This document shows, one piece after another, positions 35,749 to 46,395 of a stretch of 64,000 nt of DNA. Source of the stretch: Rhodanobacteraceae bacterium (GTDB taxonomy: Bacteria; Pseudomonadota; Gammaproteobacteria; Xanthomonadales; SZUA-5); assembly GCA_031422315.1 (NCBI GenBank), contig JANOQN010000068.1:211928-275927 (forward strand). The letters run 5' to 3'. Under the pieces are notes generated by a model that did not search any database, had not been told where the DNA came from, and saw only the letters and a program-made list of their open reading frames with translations. Both the position numbers and the translations under genes were made by a program. Positions within the stretch are counted from its first letter, which is position 1; each line of letters opens with the position of its first letter.

Positions 35749-38700
35749 CTACTCCAGCACGGTAAACTCACCAATCTCTTGATCTTGTTTGCTGGTATCT
35801 AGCCTTCGCACCACCGCCGTGTTGGCGGATTTGCCGCTGCCAAACGGTGTTTGGAATTCCAAATAGACCGTAATCGGTACGCTCAATTTTTGCTGCGAAT
35901 TACCATAGTAATGCGCATAAACCGTGTATTTTCCGGGGATGGGCTTTGCAATTGTGAAGGTCTCAGGGCCGTAACCTTGGGTAAAATCATCGCTCATTTG
36001 CCCGCCCGATTCGGTTTGCCGCTGCGCATAGTAAGCCCATTCACCGAGTGGATCACGCACCCACAGATCGATATCGACATCATTGGCGTTCCAGCCCAAC
36101 ACTACGCGCAGGCCCACCGGCAACGGGCTGACTAGCGCATCGGGCACGCCGAGCACCTGCAAATTGGGCCGAAGCTTCGCGGGCGTGGCGGCAAGCACGT
36201 CGTTAAACTCATGCAGCGCGGTCAGCTGGATTGAGTTGAAGCGCTGGTCCCAATCGTGGCTTGCTACATGCCACAGCAGCGTCAGCGCCAGTGTCGAATT
36301 CCCACCAGCATTGTCTGGCGCTCGCGCCAACGCAAGCGCGAAATCGCGTGCGCCTTGCGGTTCTTCGGTTCGCAATTGCATGACTTGCTGGAAATTCGCC
36401 AGGCTGAAAGAGTGAAACTGCCATTGGCGCAACTGCTCGGCCAATGCCCGCAGTGCGCCTACATCTTCCACTTGCGTTTCAGCAATATTGGAAAGTACCC
36501 GCAGTGCGAGTTCAGGCTGTTTTCGCTCAGAGTAAAAGTACTCCGCACAATCCAAATAAAAGCCCACACTGCCGTCGGCTTGCGCTTCAATCAAATACGT
36601 GGCGTATGGATCTTTGCCAGCGCGAATTCGGGTCAAATACGGCGCGTTTGCGGTGTAGGGTTTGATGGCAACGCTGGCTCTGGTTGCACTGGCTGCGTCA
36701 TCCGAATCATCGGCACTATCTGATTCTTTGCGCTCAGTCTTTATGCGGCTGCCGGTTACCGAAATGCTGTCAAGCGTTTCACTTTCTTCGCTAATGCTAG
36801 CCTCTGCGGCCGGCGCAGTGGCCATGGGCGCTGGCGCTGCTACTGCAAAATCGGCTAGACCCTCTCCACCTCGCTGCCGACTGAGTTCGAAAGGATTTTG
36901 GCTGCGAATGGTAGCCGTGGCCCGCTTGGCAAGTTCTGCGGTTCGCTCAGGCTTTGGCAAACGCGCCAACCAATCTGAATCAATCTGTTGCAGCGCTTTT
37001 ATTAAACTCAACGCTTCGCGGCGAGTCGATTGCGCCAACCCTTTTTGCGCTTCTAACGCCGCTAGCGCTTCAGCGCGCTTAAGCAGTTTATCAAACTGCT
37101 GCTTGGCCTTCGGCTCAGTCACTCGGGCACTCAAATTCAGCGCAAATGGCACCAAGGCGCGGCCCACCCAAGCATGCTGGCTTTGATGATGTCGCTTAAA
37201 TTCTTGCCAAGCGCCGGTCAAACTTGCCAAGCGAATTGATTTTTCTGAGTTCGCCTCGCTTATGTTGACTTTGCGCATGGCATCGAACTGCGCGCGCAGC
37301 TCAGGCTCAGGCGGCGCAATATCGTAGTTGACGTAATCTTCAATTGAATCAAGCACTAACAGCGAGGTTTGTTCGGTAACCAGCGCATATTGCAAAGCCA
37401 ATCGCAGCGATTGCGCGCTCACACTTTCCGGACTTTGCGCAAAGCCGCTTTGGCCGGTTTGTTGCAGCCGCAAAATCGTCTCAGATGCCCACGCGCGGCT
37501 GATTGGCTGGCTTGCGCGGGCGTTATTTGACATCGGCGCGGGTACTTTGATGATGGCTTCAGGCGCGTTTTCTTGGTTCCAGCTAACACGAATATTAGTG
37601 CCTTGTTTGCAGCGCGCACTGAGATAGCTAATGCCCGACTCAACCGCGCCAAGGTTTGGCGATTGCTGGCATTGCCCGGATGCAACCGTGGCGATTGCGC
37701 GCGTGGGCGGCGAATTGGCAAGCTGCATTGCCGTTGCGATGTCCACGCGTGTCAAATCTAAACGCACAGCATTCAAGCGGTGCGCCAGGGCGCCCAAACC
37801 CTGTGCATTCGCAGAAAGCGCAGCGTGTGCAATCACGTGCCGAGCTGCACCGAGTGCTGGCCGTCGCGTCAGTGCCGCAGCGCTGCTGCTGTAGTGCTCG
37901 AAAGTGCTGTCAGCGTCGGTAAAAATCAGCGCAAGATCGGCAGCATCACTAAAAGAAAGGGAATCGAGCTGCGTCGCGCCATCGTAGTCAATCTGCGCGA
38001 TGGCCTTGAAAAGCGCGGCAAAATCGTCGGCTTGCCGAGCAAATTTGCGCGCGGGCCCTGCGCTAATGGCAAAAGTTGATAGCGATACCGTTTTGATGTT
38101 TTTATCGCTCATTACCGCCCGCAAAAAAGCGAGTTCTTTGGCGAGTTGGCGCGCTTTGCCGCTGCGCGAGCTGTCCCAATAAATCGCCAGCGTGTTTACT
38201 GGCTTTTGCGCAATGACTTTGTTGATCGGTGCTTGCACTTGAGCTATTACCTGCAAAAACGGGCTGCCCGATTCGGCGATGCTGTACACCATCGGGGCAT
38301 CATTTGCGGGCAAATCCAGCGTAATCGGTGAATCCGGCACCGCGTTGGTCAGCGAGCGCTCGGCGATTTTCGCATCGCTTAGCTTTAATCCTGCGCCAGA
38401 ATTTTCAGCACTCGCTTGCACCGCTTCAACCCGCACGCGGTACTCTGCCAGCTTAGTTTTGACTGGCACCGGCATTAAATAGCGCATACCGCTGCCGTGT
38501 TTTTCCAACGCTTGTTCAATCGTGATTGAAATGCGCTTATTGCCGCGCGCCGGAATCGGGTAAATGCGGGTGCGAAACACATTGCCACGGGTAATTTCCG
38601 CTAAGCCAGGATCCACGCCGCGCCGAGTGATTTCCTCAAACGCTATGCGCGCGGTTTGCTTGGGCACCACCACGCCTTCGCGCAGCACGCCGTTCACCTC

Positions 38701-38979
38701 AAGTGCGTAGCCCACTACCCGCTGATTGGCTAGCAATGGCAATACAAACTCGCCTTCCAATACGCGGTTGTTGGGGTTGTGGAACTCAAGCGTTAACTTC
38801 GTGTTGGCCATAAAGCCGTAAACTTTTGCATCGACATCCAGCTTGCGAAGCTGCACCGGCTTTTCGACGTTCCCCACCCAGATTTGCACATCTTGATTGC
38901 TTTGCGCGTGTAACTGGGCCGCAATAAATAGCGAAAAAAGCGGTGCGAGTAATGCGGTAAACAAGCGCGTCAAGTTCAT
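35749..38979 (-). CDS. Secreted giant VIT plus vWA-like plus DUF2135 protein
   Basis: Signal peptide MNLTRLFTALLAPLFSLFIAAQLHA. VIT-like N-terminus (YGFMANTKLTLEFHNPNNRVLEGEFVLPL). vWA with DSSRSG MIDAS-like motif. C-terminal DUF2135-like DIDLWVRDPLGEW...GYGPETF. Start at ATG 38979 (GAGGG SD) rather than TTG 39003. Confidence 0.85.
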   Translation of the reverse strand: MNLTRLFTALLAPLFSLFIAAQLHAQSNQDVQIWVGNVEKPVQLRKLDVDAKVYGFMANTKLTLEFHNPNNRVLEGEFVLPLLANQRVVGYALEVNGVLREGVVVPKQTARIAFEEITRRGVDPGLAEITRGNVFRTRIYPIPARGNKRISITIEQALEKHGSGMRYLMPVPVKTKLAEYRVRVEAVQASAENSGAGLKLSDAKIAERSLTNAVPDSPITLDLPANDAPMVYSIAESGSPFLQVIAQVQAPINKVIAQKPVNTLAIYWDSSRSGKARQLAKELAFLRAVMSDKNIKTVSLSTFAISAGPARKFARQADDFAALFKAIAQIDYDGATQLDSLSFSDAADLALIFTDADSTFEHYSSSAAALTRRPALGAARHVIAHAALSANAQGLGALAHRLNAVRLDLTRVDIATAMQLANSPPTRAIATVASGQCQQSPNLGAVESGISYLSARCKQGTNIRVSWNQENAPEAIIKVPAPMSNNARASQPISRAWASETILRLQQTGQSGFAQSPESVSAQSLRLALQYALVTEQTSLLVLDSIEDYVNYDIAPPEPELRAQFDAMRKVNISEANSEKSIRLASLTGAWQEFKRHHQSQHAWVGRALVPFALNLSARVTEPKAKQQFDKLLKRAEALAALEAQKGLAQSTRREALSLIKALQQIDSDWLARLPKPERTAELAKRATATIRSQNPFELSRQRGGEGLADFAVAAPAPMATAPAAEASISEESETLDSISVTGSRIKTERKESDSADDSDDAASATRASVAIKPYTANAPYLTRIRAGKDPYATYLIEAQADGSVGFYLDCAEYFYSERKQPELALRVLSNIAETQVEDVGALRALAEQLRQWQFHSFSLANFQQVMQLRTEEPQGARDFALALARAPDNAGGNSTLALTLLWHVASHDWDQRFNSIQLTALHEFNDVLAATPAKLRPNLQVLGVPDALVSPLPVGLRVVLGWNANDVDIDLWVRDPLGEWAYYAQRQTESGGQMSDDFTQGYGPETFTIAKPIPGKYTVYAHYYGNSQQKLSVPITVYLEFQTPFGSGKSANTAVVRRLDTSKQDQEIGEFTVLE

Positions 38980-39269
38980 GGTTAAGCCCTCAAGTGGTGA
39001 CAATGATGGTAGCGCAACGATTAACTTTGCAGGCTGGGGTTAATGGCTGGAAAATTTGCATTCCGCCTTGAGCCAGAGCGTTGACAGGCGCGCTGTATAA
39101 AGCTTTGCTACCGTTTGGGTTATTAGCAATTGATTTGCCGCTCCGGCCAAATTCGCGGATTTAAAAATACCACCCACTAATTTGCGCAAAAACCATCGCC
39201 AATCCAATTGCACAACTTGACGATCGGTTCGATACTCTGAGTTGACTCGCCCATCGGACACTGCGCAAT

Positions 39270-40019
39270 ATGTTGAATGCATTGAAAAATTTGTTGTTGA
39301 CGGCAATTCTATTAGCCATCCCATGTGCGCCGCTTTTTGCACAATTTAAGGTGTTTCCGCCAAAGCTTGAAAGCACCGAACTGCGTGCCGAAGCAAGCGA
39401 ACTGCATGAAAGCGGCATCCTGCAAGACTTGGTTGCCGAGTTGAATGAGGTCTTTATTATCCCGGCGCAAGTCAAAGTGCAGTTTGCCGAGTGTGGCGAA
39501 GCGAATGCTTATTTTTCCAGTGAGGATATGGAAATCAGCATGTGTATTGAGCTGATGGAAGACATGCGCACGAGTCTGACTGAAGATTACCCGGATGAAG
39601 AGGATCGCAACGCCATAGTGGAAGGCGCGTTGACTGCTACGTTCTTACACGAAGTGGGGCACGCACTGGTTGCCGTGCTTGAGTTGCCAATTACCGGTCG
39701 TGAGGAAGATGTGGTCGATCAGCTTTCAACTTGGATACTGGTAGAGGCGGATATGGCTGAGTCGGTGTTAAGCGCTGCGGAAATTTATTATTTAGCGGAA
39801 GATTCGAGTGATGATGAAACCTTTGCGGATGAGCATTCCCTCAACCGGCAGCGCTACTTCAATATGGTGTGCTGGGTGTATGGCAGTGATACTGAGAACC
39901 ACGAAGCATTGCTAGAAGAATGGGAACTACCGGAAGCGCGTGCCGAGCAATGCGAAAGTGAATACGCACAGCTCAGCAATAGTTGGGTGAAGCTGCTAGG
40001 CGAACACGTCCGCGAATAA
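39270..40019 (+). CDS. Secreted DUF4344-type putative metallopeptidase
   Basis: Signal peptide. HExxH as FLHEVGHALV, followed by the GREEDVVDQLS motif typical of DUF4344. Confidence 0.75.
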   Translation: MLNALKNLLLTAILLAIPCAPLFAQFKVFPPKLESTELRAEASELHESGILQDLVAELNEVFIIPAQVKVQFAECGEANAYFSSEDMEISMCIELMEDMRTSLTEDYPDEEDRNAIVEGALTATFLHEVGHALVAVLELPITGREEDVVDQLSTWILVEADMAESVLSAAEIYYLAEDSSDDETFADEHSLNRQRYFNMVCWVYGSDTENHEALLEEWELPEARAEQCESEYAQLSNSWVKLLGEHVRE

Positions 40020-40042
40020 ATCGGGCCCATATGCAACCCAAT

Positions 40043-40069
40043 AAAAAACCCGGCATTGCCGGGTTTTTT
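40043..40069. terminator. Bidirectional intrinsic terminator
   Basis: 12-bp perfect stem AAAAAACCCGGC / GCCGGGTTTTTT with ATT loop, between convergent genes. Confidence 0.85.
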
Positions 40070-40094
40070 ATTGGGATATGTTTGACGCGAATCG

Positions 40095-40592
40095 CTAGCT
40101 GGCGCGCGCAGTACGCAAAACTCGATCCGGCGTCGCCGCCGAATCCTTCAATTCGCGCAGCAGGCGCATAACGTTTTTTTCAATCGCATCAAAATCGCCA
40201 CCGAGCCCGCGAATTTCGTGATAAACCACAGCCAGCCAGAGCGAGAGCCCGCGCAATTTCATTTGTACGTTTTCATCTTTGACGCGTTTGATCGCCACAT
40301 CGGTACCATTGCCCCAAGGCGCATAGCGATCTACATTTTCGCTGCCGTACAAATGCGGAACCGGCGCTAGCGCCGCGTTATTCAATTCGCGCATGACTAG
40401 CCCTAGCAATTCCCTGCGCTGTAACGAGGTCAAATCATTCAAAGTGCGCTCAATTTCTTTGAGTTGGCGTTTTAGTGCAAAACAGCGGCCCATGGCCAGC
40501 GTTCGGATAATCAACTTCATAACGGGACTTCCTCTCAAATCCTTGTACGAATTGGCAGCGGTTTCAATCACAGCGCTCATTAGCAGCTCCAT
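40095..40592 (-). CDS. Hypothetical all-helical protein
   Basis: 165-codon ORF with backbone-like codon usage. No motif recognised. Confidence 0.5.
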   Translation of the reverse strand: MELLMSAVIETAANSYKDLRGSPVMKLIIRTLAMGRCFALKRQLKEIERTLNDLTSLQRRELLGLVMRELNNAALAPVPHLYGSENVDRYAPWGNGTDVAIKRVKDENVQMKLRGLSLWLAVVYHEIRGLGGDFDAIEKNVMRLLRELKDSAATPDRVLRTARAS

Positions 40593-40840
40593 TAATACTA
40601 GATGCCGCTAATTTGCAGAAACTGCCGCTTGATATGCATGACGCGCGTCACATTCTGACTTCGTGCGTTTTGCAACCCCCAAAGTTTAGGTCAAAACTGT
40701 GATGGAATTCAAGCTGTCACGGCTTCATCACGGAATGTAACAATCGAATTTCCTTAAGTGATTTCGCTAGGAGTCAGCGAAAAGGCTGAGCTGGCGAGTG
40801 TGACGATGCAAGCGATCCAAGCAATTTGACTCCGTTGTCC

Positions 40841-41461
40841 TCAACGCACACTCGGCGCAGTAACGCTACCAAACAGCTTCTCAATAGCGGTTTTATCGCG
40901 TTCAAAAAAGAATTCAGCGGGCGCGTCAAAATAGAGATAGCTGAGCGTGTCAGATTCAACTTCAGCCAGCACCATGGCGCGGTAAATCAGCCCGCCGCCG
41001 GTGCCGGGCGTTTGGAACTGCAAATTGAAGCGAAAACCGCTGCGCTGCCCAAACGGTGCGGGTTTTAAACCGCTGCTGCTAACTTCGGCTAGGCCTGCGC
41101 TTTTGAGCGTGTCGACGAACAGTTCTTGCACCTCTAATGCGTCCATGCCTTTTTTGTACAGACTGCCTTCGCCCTTACGTTCGGATCTGGATTTGGTGTT
41201 TAAGAATAGATTTTCGCCCGGTTTTACATCGGCGAATATCCGAAAGTCGTTCAACATGAGCCCGTCCATCGTCCAGTAGCGCTCGCGGCTGGTGCCAAAT
41301 TGCGAAAAGCGCAGCGGCGAAGTTACGCTGACGTCTTTGACTTTGATGACCTCGTTTTCTTTGACGATGGCGGAAACACCACACCCGCCAAGGACTAGGC
41401 TCAATAGTGCGATCGAAAAGCATCGAGCGCGGGTCGAAAACAAGCAAAATTTAACGTGCAT
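40841..41461 (-). CDS. Hypothetical lipoprotein
   Basis: Lipobox LVLGGCG. 11-nt overlap with the upstream M48 gene. Confidence 0.6.
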   Translation of the reverse strand: MHVKFCLFSTRARCFSIALLSLVLGGCGVSAIVKENEVIKVKDVSVTSPLRFSQFGTSRERYWTMDGLMLNDFRIFADVKPGENLFLNTKSRSERKGEGSLYKKGMDALEVQELFVDTLKSAGLAEVSSSGLKPAPFGQRSGFRFNLQFQTPGTGGGLIYRAMVLAEVESDTLSYLYFDAPAEFFFERDKTAIEKLFGSVTAPSVR

Positions 41462-42605
41462 TGATATAGCTCCGAATCATGGCGGCATCATCTGCCTGGG
41501 GCGAGCGTGTGAGGTATTCCGAAAACGCGGCGTTTGCGCCTTTTTGATCGCCCTGCTTTTTCAGCGTCAAACCCAAGTCGCGGAACACCACGCTACTGGC
41601 GTTTTTATCGTTTGCAGCGCGCTGATAAGCAGCGGCTGCGCGGTTCAAATCACCCGGCAAATCGCGCTTTCGATAAAGCTCGCCCTGCGCGTAGGAAATC
41701 TGGCCTTGGCCGTACGGAATTTTCCCGAGCCGATTCAGCAGCAGCTCGGTTTGCCGATAGGCGCGCCGTGCTAGCTCATCATCAAGCCACTGGCTGCGGT
41801 GTGCGGCGATTGCGTTGGCGAAATCAATCGCACCGCGCGCTTTTGAGGCGGCCGCGCTTGGCTGTTTTGCCATTTCGGCCAAATAGCGCTGCCGTTCGGG
41901 TGATGAAGGGTGGCTGGCAAACAGGCCACTTAAAAATGGCCGAGGATCGAGTTTTTCTTCCTCAAGCACGTTAGCCCACACCAGGCTTGGCGCGTCGCTA
42001 GCGTAATTTGCCTGTTGTAGTGACGCAAAGCCGACTTCATCCGCTTCTTTTTCCTGGGTTCTGGAAAACGAGGCAAAATTGACGTAAGCGCCAATCGTGG
42101 CGAGTGCGCCAATGCCACTGCCGCCAGCCAACATGCCAATCACCGTGACCCAGCCCGCGGTGTTTTTGGCACGCCGCCAGTTCTCCAAAACGTGCCTCTT
42201 TTGGTAGTGCGCAATTTCATGGCCGATCACCGAAGCCAGCTGCGCTTCGTCTTCACAGCGCAAGAGTAGGCCGGTAAAAAGCCCCATCGCGCCGTTCGGC
42301 GTCATAAAAGCATTGAATTGCGACTGGCGCAAAATATAGATGCGAATATCCGCGCAGATATCGGGTGCGAGCTTGCATTTGAGTTCGTCGACATAGGTTT
42401 GCAGCGCCGGATCACGCACGCGTTCGGGCGCTTCTTTCATTAACGCTTCGATGCGATCCATCTGTGCCCAAAGTCCAGCTTCATCTTGCTCAACGACCTG
42501 TTCGCGGTGCTGCGCACCAGCGTCAGGTAAATTGCGGGTTGCGCAGGCGGTTAGAGCAAGCATGGCTGCTAGACTTAATGGCGAAAGCAAGCGAGTCAAT
42601 CTCAC
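41451..42605 (-). CDS. M48-family zinc metallopeptidase lipoprotein with C-terminal TPR region
   Basis: Lipobox LALTACA. HEIAHYQKRH (HExxH). TPR-like C-terminus. GTGA overlap with the upstream gene. Confidence 0.85.
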   Translation of the reverse strand: MRLTRLLSPLSLAAMLALTACATRNLPDAGAQHREQVVEQDEAGLWAQMDRIEALMKEAPERVRDPALQTYVDELKCKLAPDICADIRIYILRQSQFNAFMTPNGAMGLFTGLLLRCEDEAQLASVIGHEIAHYQKRHVLENWRRAKNTAGWVTVIGMLAGGSGIGALATIGAYVNFASFSRTQEKEADEVGFASLQQANYASDAPSLVWANVLEEEKLDPRPFLSGLFASHPSSPERQRYLAEMAKQPSAAASKARGAIDFANAIAAHRSQWLDDELARRAYRQTELLLNRLGKIPYGQGQISYAQGELYRKRDLPGDLNRAAAAYQRAANDKNASSVVFRDLGLTLKKQGDQKGANAAFSEYLTRSPQADDAAMIRSYINAR

Positions 42606-43309
42606 AGCGGCATCCCACTGAGTAAGCTTTTGATGGCTTTTCGCGCCGGCACAAGCTCGCGCAAATCACCATCCTCTGAGTTCAAATAATTCACCCAAAT
42701 CACTTTGCCGGTGTTGAGATCGACTAGCGTGGTGTAAGCTTTTTGACTGCCCAGCGGTGCGCTAAAACCGAGCACCATACCGACGACCATGACGGCTTTA
42801 CGTCCGCCAGTGGAATAGCTATCGCGCACCACGGTAGCGAGTGCATAGTCCGCTTGATAGCGCGATTGCAGCAGGCTTGCACCTGGGCCAATGCGCCAGT
42901 CAAACGTTTTTGCACGGTGCGGCAAGCGGCCGTAGGGCGCGATTTCATGCTGCAAAATAGCATTGCCGACGGTGGTGCTCAGCAGTTCTAGCTGGCGCAC
43001 GCGCGGGTCATCCGCGTCGGTTGACTTTGTTGCCTGCACGACTTTTACGCCGCGCTCAGCCAGCTCATCAGTAATCGCTGTGCCAACATGGGCGCTAGCC
43101 GCTTCGGTCCAATCCGCGCGCGGTTCGGCCATACCAGAGGCTTGCAGCTCAAACAGTTCGATATCGGCTTTGAGGATCACCACGGTTTTGCCGCGGCCAA
43201 TGCGGGCGTCGGCTTTCATGCCATCGGCGCGCTTGCTCACGGTGCTGGTGCAAGCGGTGCTCATCACTGACACGCTAAAAATCAGCAAAAATTGAATGAT
43301 TCGATTCAT
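42602..43309 (-). CDS. Hypothetical lipoprotein
   Basis: Lipobox VMSTAC. ATGA overlap with the pgk stop. Confidence 0.6.
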   Translation of the reverse strand: MNRIIQFLLIFSVSVMSTACTSTVSKRADGMKADARIGRGKTVVILKADIELFELQASGMAEPRADWTEAASAHVGTAITDELAERGVKVVQATKSTDADDPRVRQLELLSTTVGNAILQHEIAPYGRLPHRAKTFDWRIGPGASLLQSRYQADYALATVVRDSYSTGGRKAVMVVGMVLGFSAPLGSQKAYTTLVDLNTGKVIWVNYLNSEDGDLRELVPARKAIKSLLSGMPL

Positions 43310-44505
43310 TGGCGCGCTCGCTCCTGCAAAATCGCCACGGCTGGCAGCGTTTTGCCTTCTAGAAACTCTAAAAACGCCCCGCCACCGGTGGATATATAGC
43401 TGACTTCACTACTTTTGCCAGGCAGGAATTTTTCAATGGCGGCTATGGTATCGCCGCCACCTGCAATCGAAAACGCGGTGCTGTCCGCAATCGCCAGCGC
43501 CATGGCTTTGCTTCCAGCAGCAAAAGCGTCAAACTCAAACACGCCCACCGGCCCGTTCCACACCACGGTGCCGGCTTTTAGAATGCGCTCGCGATAATCA
43601 GCGGCGGTTTTCGGGCCAATATCAAAGATCATCGCATCGGCTGGCACGTCATGCGGCACGTAAGTGCAAACCGGTGTGTCAGCAGCAAATGCCTGCCCGC
43701 ACACGACATCCAACGGCAGCGGAATCTGCGCACCGCGCGCTTTAGCTTTGGCCAGAATGGCGCGTGCTGCGTCCAATAAATCCGGCTCGTAAAGTGATTT
43801 TCCGACTGGATACCCGCTCGCCGCTAAAAACGTATTGGCTATGCCGCCGCCGACAATCAGCTGGTCAACTTTTTCAATCAAACTGCCGAGCAATTCCAAT
43901 TTGGTCGACACTTTGCTGCCCGCTACGATGGCCAGCAGCGGGCGTTTGGGTTCTTTAAGCGCTTTGGCGAGCGCATCTAGCTCCGCTATCAACAGCGGGC
44001 CCGCGCAGGCAATTGGTGCGAAACGCGCTACGCCATGTGTACTGGCCTGCGCGCGGTGCGCGGTGCCAAAAGCGTCCATGACGAACACATCGCACAGCTG
44101 TGCATAGCGTTTTGACAAGCCTTCGTCATCTGCAGCTTCACCGATATTCATGCGCACATTTTCCAGCAGCTTGATTTCCCCCGGCGCAATGGCCACGCCA
44201 TCAAGATAGTCCGCAATCAGTGGCACGGGCTGAGCTAGCGCATCACTAAGCCAAGTTGCGACCGGGCTCAGTGATTCATTCGGATCAAACTGACCTTCCT
44301 TGGGCCGCCCTAAATGGCTCATGACCAGCACCGCTGCGCCCTGCGCCAATGCGGCTTTTAGCGTTGGCAAAGCGGCTTCTAAGCGCTGAGTGGCGGTGAT
44401 TTTTCCACCAGCAATCGGCACGTTGAGATCTTCTCGAATCAATACGCGCTTGCCGCGCAAATCCAGCGTGGACATCTTGATCGGTTGGTTTTCCTGATGG
44501 CTCAT
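43306..44505 (-). CDS. pgk: Phosphoglycerate kinase
   Basis: [23 protein letters not shown] motifs; 399 aa. Confidence 0.97.
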   Translation of the reverse strand: MSHQENQPIKMSTLDLRGKRVLIREDLNVPIAGGKITATQRLEAALPTLKAALAQGAAVLVMSHLGRPKEGQFDPNESLSPVATWLSDALAQPVPLIADYLDGVAIAPGEIKLLENVRMNIGEAADDEGLSKRYAQLCDVFVMDAFGTAHRAQASTHGVARFAPIACAGPLLIAELDALAKALKEPKRPLLAIVAGSKVSTKLELLGSLIEKVDQLIVGGGIANTFLAASGYPVGKSLYEPDLLDAARAILAKAKARGAQIPLPLDVVCGQAFAADTPVCTYVPHDVPADAMIFDIGPKTAADYRERILKAGTVVWNGPVGVFEFDAFAAGSKAMALAIADSTAFSIAGGGDTIAAIEKFLPGKSSEVSYISTGGGAFLEFLEGKTLPAVAILQERARQ

Positions 44506-44773
44506 GGGTGTGCTCGTGGTAGTGAAAATAGCGGTTTGTTATATGCGGTAAGTTGATCGATTCAGCTATTTGGTCGTCTGCCATGGCAGGAAACCGATTG
44601 GCTGCAATTCAAGTTAAGGTGGGAAGAAAATTTCGAATTTTATAGTTTTCCTATCAAGCTATTAAAAGGAAACTGCCCGAAAAATGCTGCTTGCGCGATG
44701 CCCCAGAATGCTTAGCCTAATTTTTTTGATGACAAACAGCTGCCAATTTTTCGAGCCAGTCTGCAAGCTACAC

Positions 44774-46381
44774 CTACATCCTAAACACCCCAAACCGCCC
44801 CTTTTCAATCGGCGCATTCAACGCCGCCGACAGTGCTAAACCCAGCACGCGACGCGTATCAGCTGGATCAATCACGCCGTCATCCCATAATCTGGCGCTG
44901 GCGTAGTAGGGGTGGCCTTGGCGTTCGTATTGATCTTTAATCGGGGCTTTGAACTGCGTTTCCTCATCACTTGACCACGCTTTTCCGTTGGCTTCTAAGC
45001 CGTCGCGCTTAACGGTGGCAAGTACGCTGGCGGCTTGTTCGCCGCCCATGACCGAAATGCGCGCGTTTGGCCACATCCAGAGCATGCGTGGGCTGTAGCC
45101 GCGCCCGCACATGGCGTAGTTGCCGGCGCCGAAGCTGCCGCCGATTAAGAAGGTGAATTTCGGTACGTGTGAACACGCCACGGCGGTGACCATTTTCGCG
45201 CCGTCTTTGGCGATGCCGGCGTTTTCGTATTTGCGCCCGACCATAAATCCGGTGATGTTTTGCAAAAACACCAGCGGGATGTTGCGCTGGTTGCAAAGCT
45301 CAATAAAGTGCGCGCCTTTGAGTGCGCTTTCGGCGAATAAAATGCCGTTGTTCGCCACAATGCCGACCGGGTAGCCGTACACGTGCGCGAAGCCGCACAC
45401 CAGCGTTTTTCCGTAGCGCGCTTTGAATTCTTGCAGCTCGGAACCATCGACAATCCGCGCGATTACTTCTCTAACGTCATACGGCGTGCGGGTGTCTTTT
45501 GGCACTACGCCGTAAAGTTCGCGCGCATCGTAAATTGGCGGGGTAGGGGCGCTGATTTTGACGTCAAGCTGTTTTTTACGGTTTAAGTGCCGCACGATTT
45601 CACGGGCGATGCTTAGCGCGTGCGCGTCGTCTTCGGCGAAATGATCGGCGACGCCGGATTGGCTGGTGTGTACGTCGGCGCCGCCTAGACTTTCGGCGTC
45701 AACCACTTCACCGGTTGCGGCTTTAACAAGCGGCGGGCCGCCCAAAAATATCGTGCCCTGTTCTTTGACGATGATGGTTTCATCGCTCATGGCTGGCACG
45801 TAAGCGCCGCCAGCGGTGCAAGAACCCATGACCACTGCGATTTGCGGGATGTTCTCGGCGGACATGCGGGCTTGGTTGTAGAAAATCCGGCCAAAGTGTT
45901 CGCGATCAGGAAACACCTCATCTTGCAGCGGTAAAAATGCCCCGCCTGAGTCCACCAAATACACGCAGGGCAGGTGGTTCTCGAGTGCGATTTCCTGTGC
46001 GCGAAGATGTTTTTTGATGGTCATCGGGAAATAGGTGCCACCTTTTACCGTAGCGTCGTTTGCCAGCACCATGACTTCCTGATCGTGGATGCGCCCGATG
46101 CCGCTAATCAGGCCGGCACAGGGCGCACCACCCTCGTACATGCCGTGCGCGGCGAGTGGTGATAGCTCCAGAAACGGCGAGCCGGCGTCAAGCAGGGCGC
46201 GGATGCGCTCACGCGGAAGCAATTTACCGCGTTCGGTGTGTTTTTTGCGGGCTGATTCGCCGCCGCCTTCTGCGGTCTTTTTCAAGGTGGCGCGCAGATC
46301 ATCTACCGCTGCTTGCAGCACGCGCGCGTTTTCTAAAAACAGCGCGGATTGGGTATCAACTTGGCTTTGAATAACCGGCAT
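44774..46381 (-). CDS. Acyl-CoA carboxylase carboxyltransferase (beta) subunit, methylcrotonyl-CoA carboxylase type
   Basis: 535 aa, typical length and sequence for MccB/LiuB ([23 protein letters not shown]). Confidence 0.85.
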   Translation of the reverse strand: MPVIQSQVDTQSALFLENARVLQAAVDDLRATLKKTAEGGGESARKKHTERGKLLPRERIRALLDAGSPFLELSPLAAHGMYEGGAPCAGLISGIGRIHDQEVMVLANDATVKGGTYFPMTIKKHLRAQEIALENHLPCVYLVDSGGAFLPLQDEVFPDREHFGRIFYNQARMSAENIPQIAVVMGSCTAGGAYVPAMSDETIIVKEQGTIFLGGPPLVKAATGEVVDAESLGGADVHTSQSGVADHFAEDDAHALSIAREIVRHLNRKKQLDVKISAPTPPIYDARELYGVVPKDTRTPYDVREVIARIVDGSELQEFKARYGKTLVCGFAHVYGYPVGIVANNGILFAESALKGAHFIELCNQRNIPLVFLQNITGFMVGRKYENAGIAKDGAKMVTAVACSHVPKFTFLIGGSFGAGNYAMCGRGYSPRMLWMWPNARISVMGGEQAASVLATVKRDGLEANGKAWSSDEETQFKAPIKDQYERQGHPYYASARLWDDGVIDPADTRRVLGLALSAALNAPIEKGRFGVFRM

Positions 46382-46395
46382 GAGGATGGCCTTGT

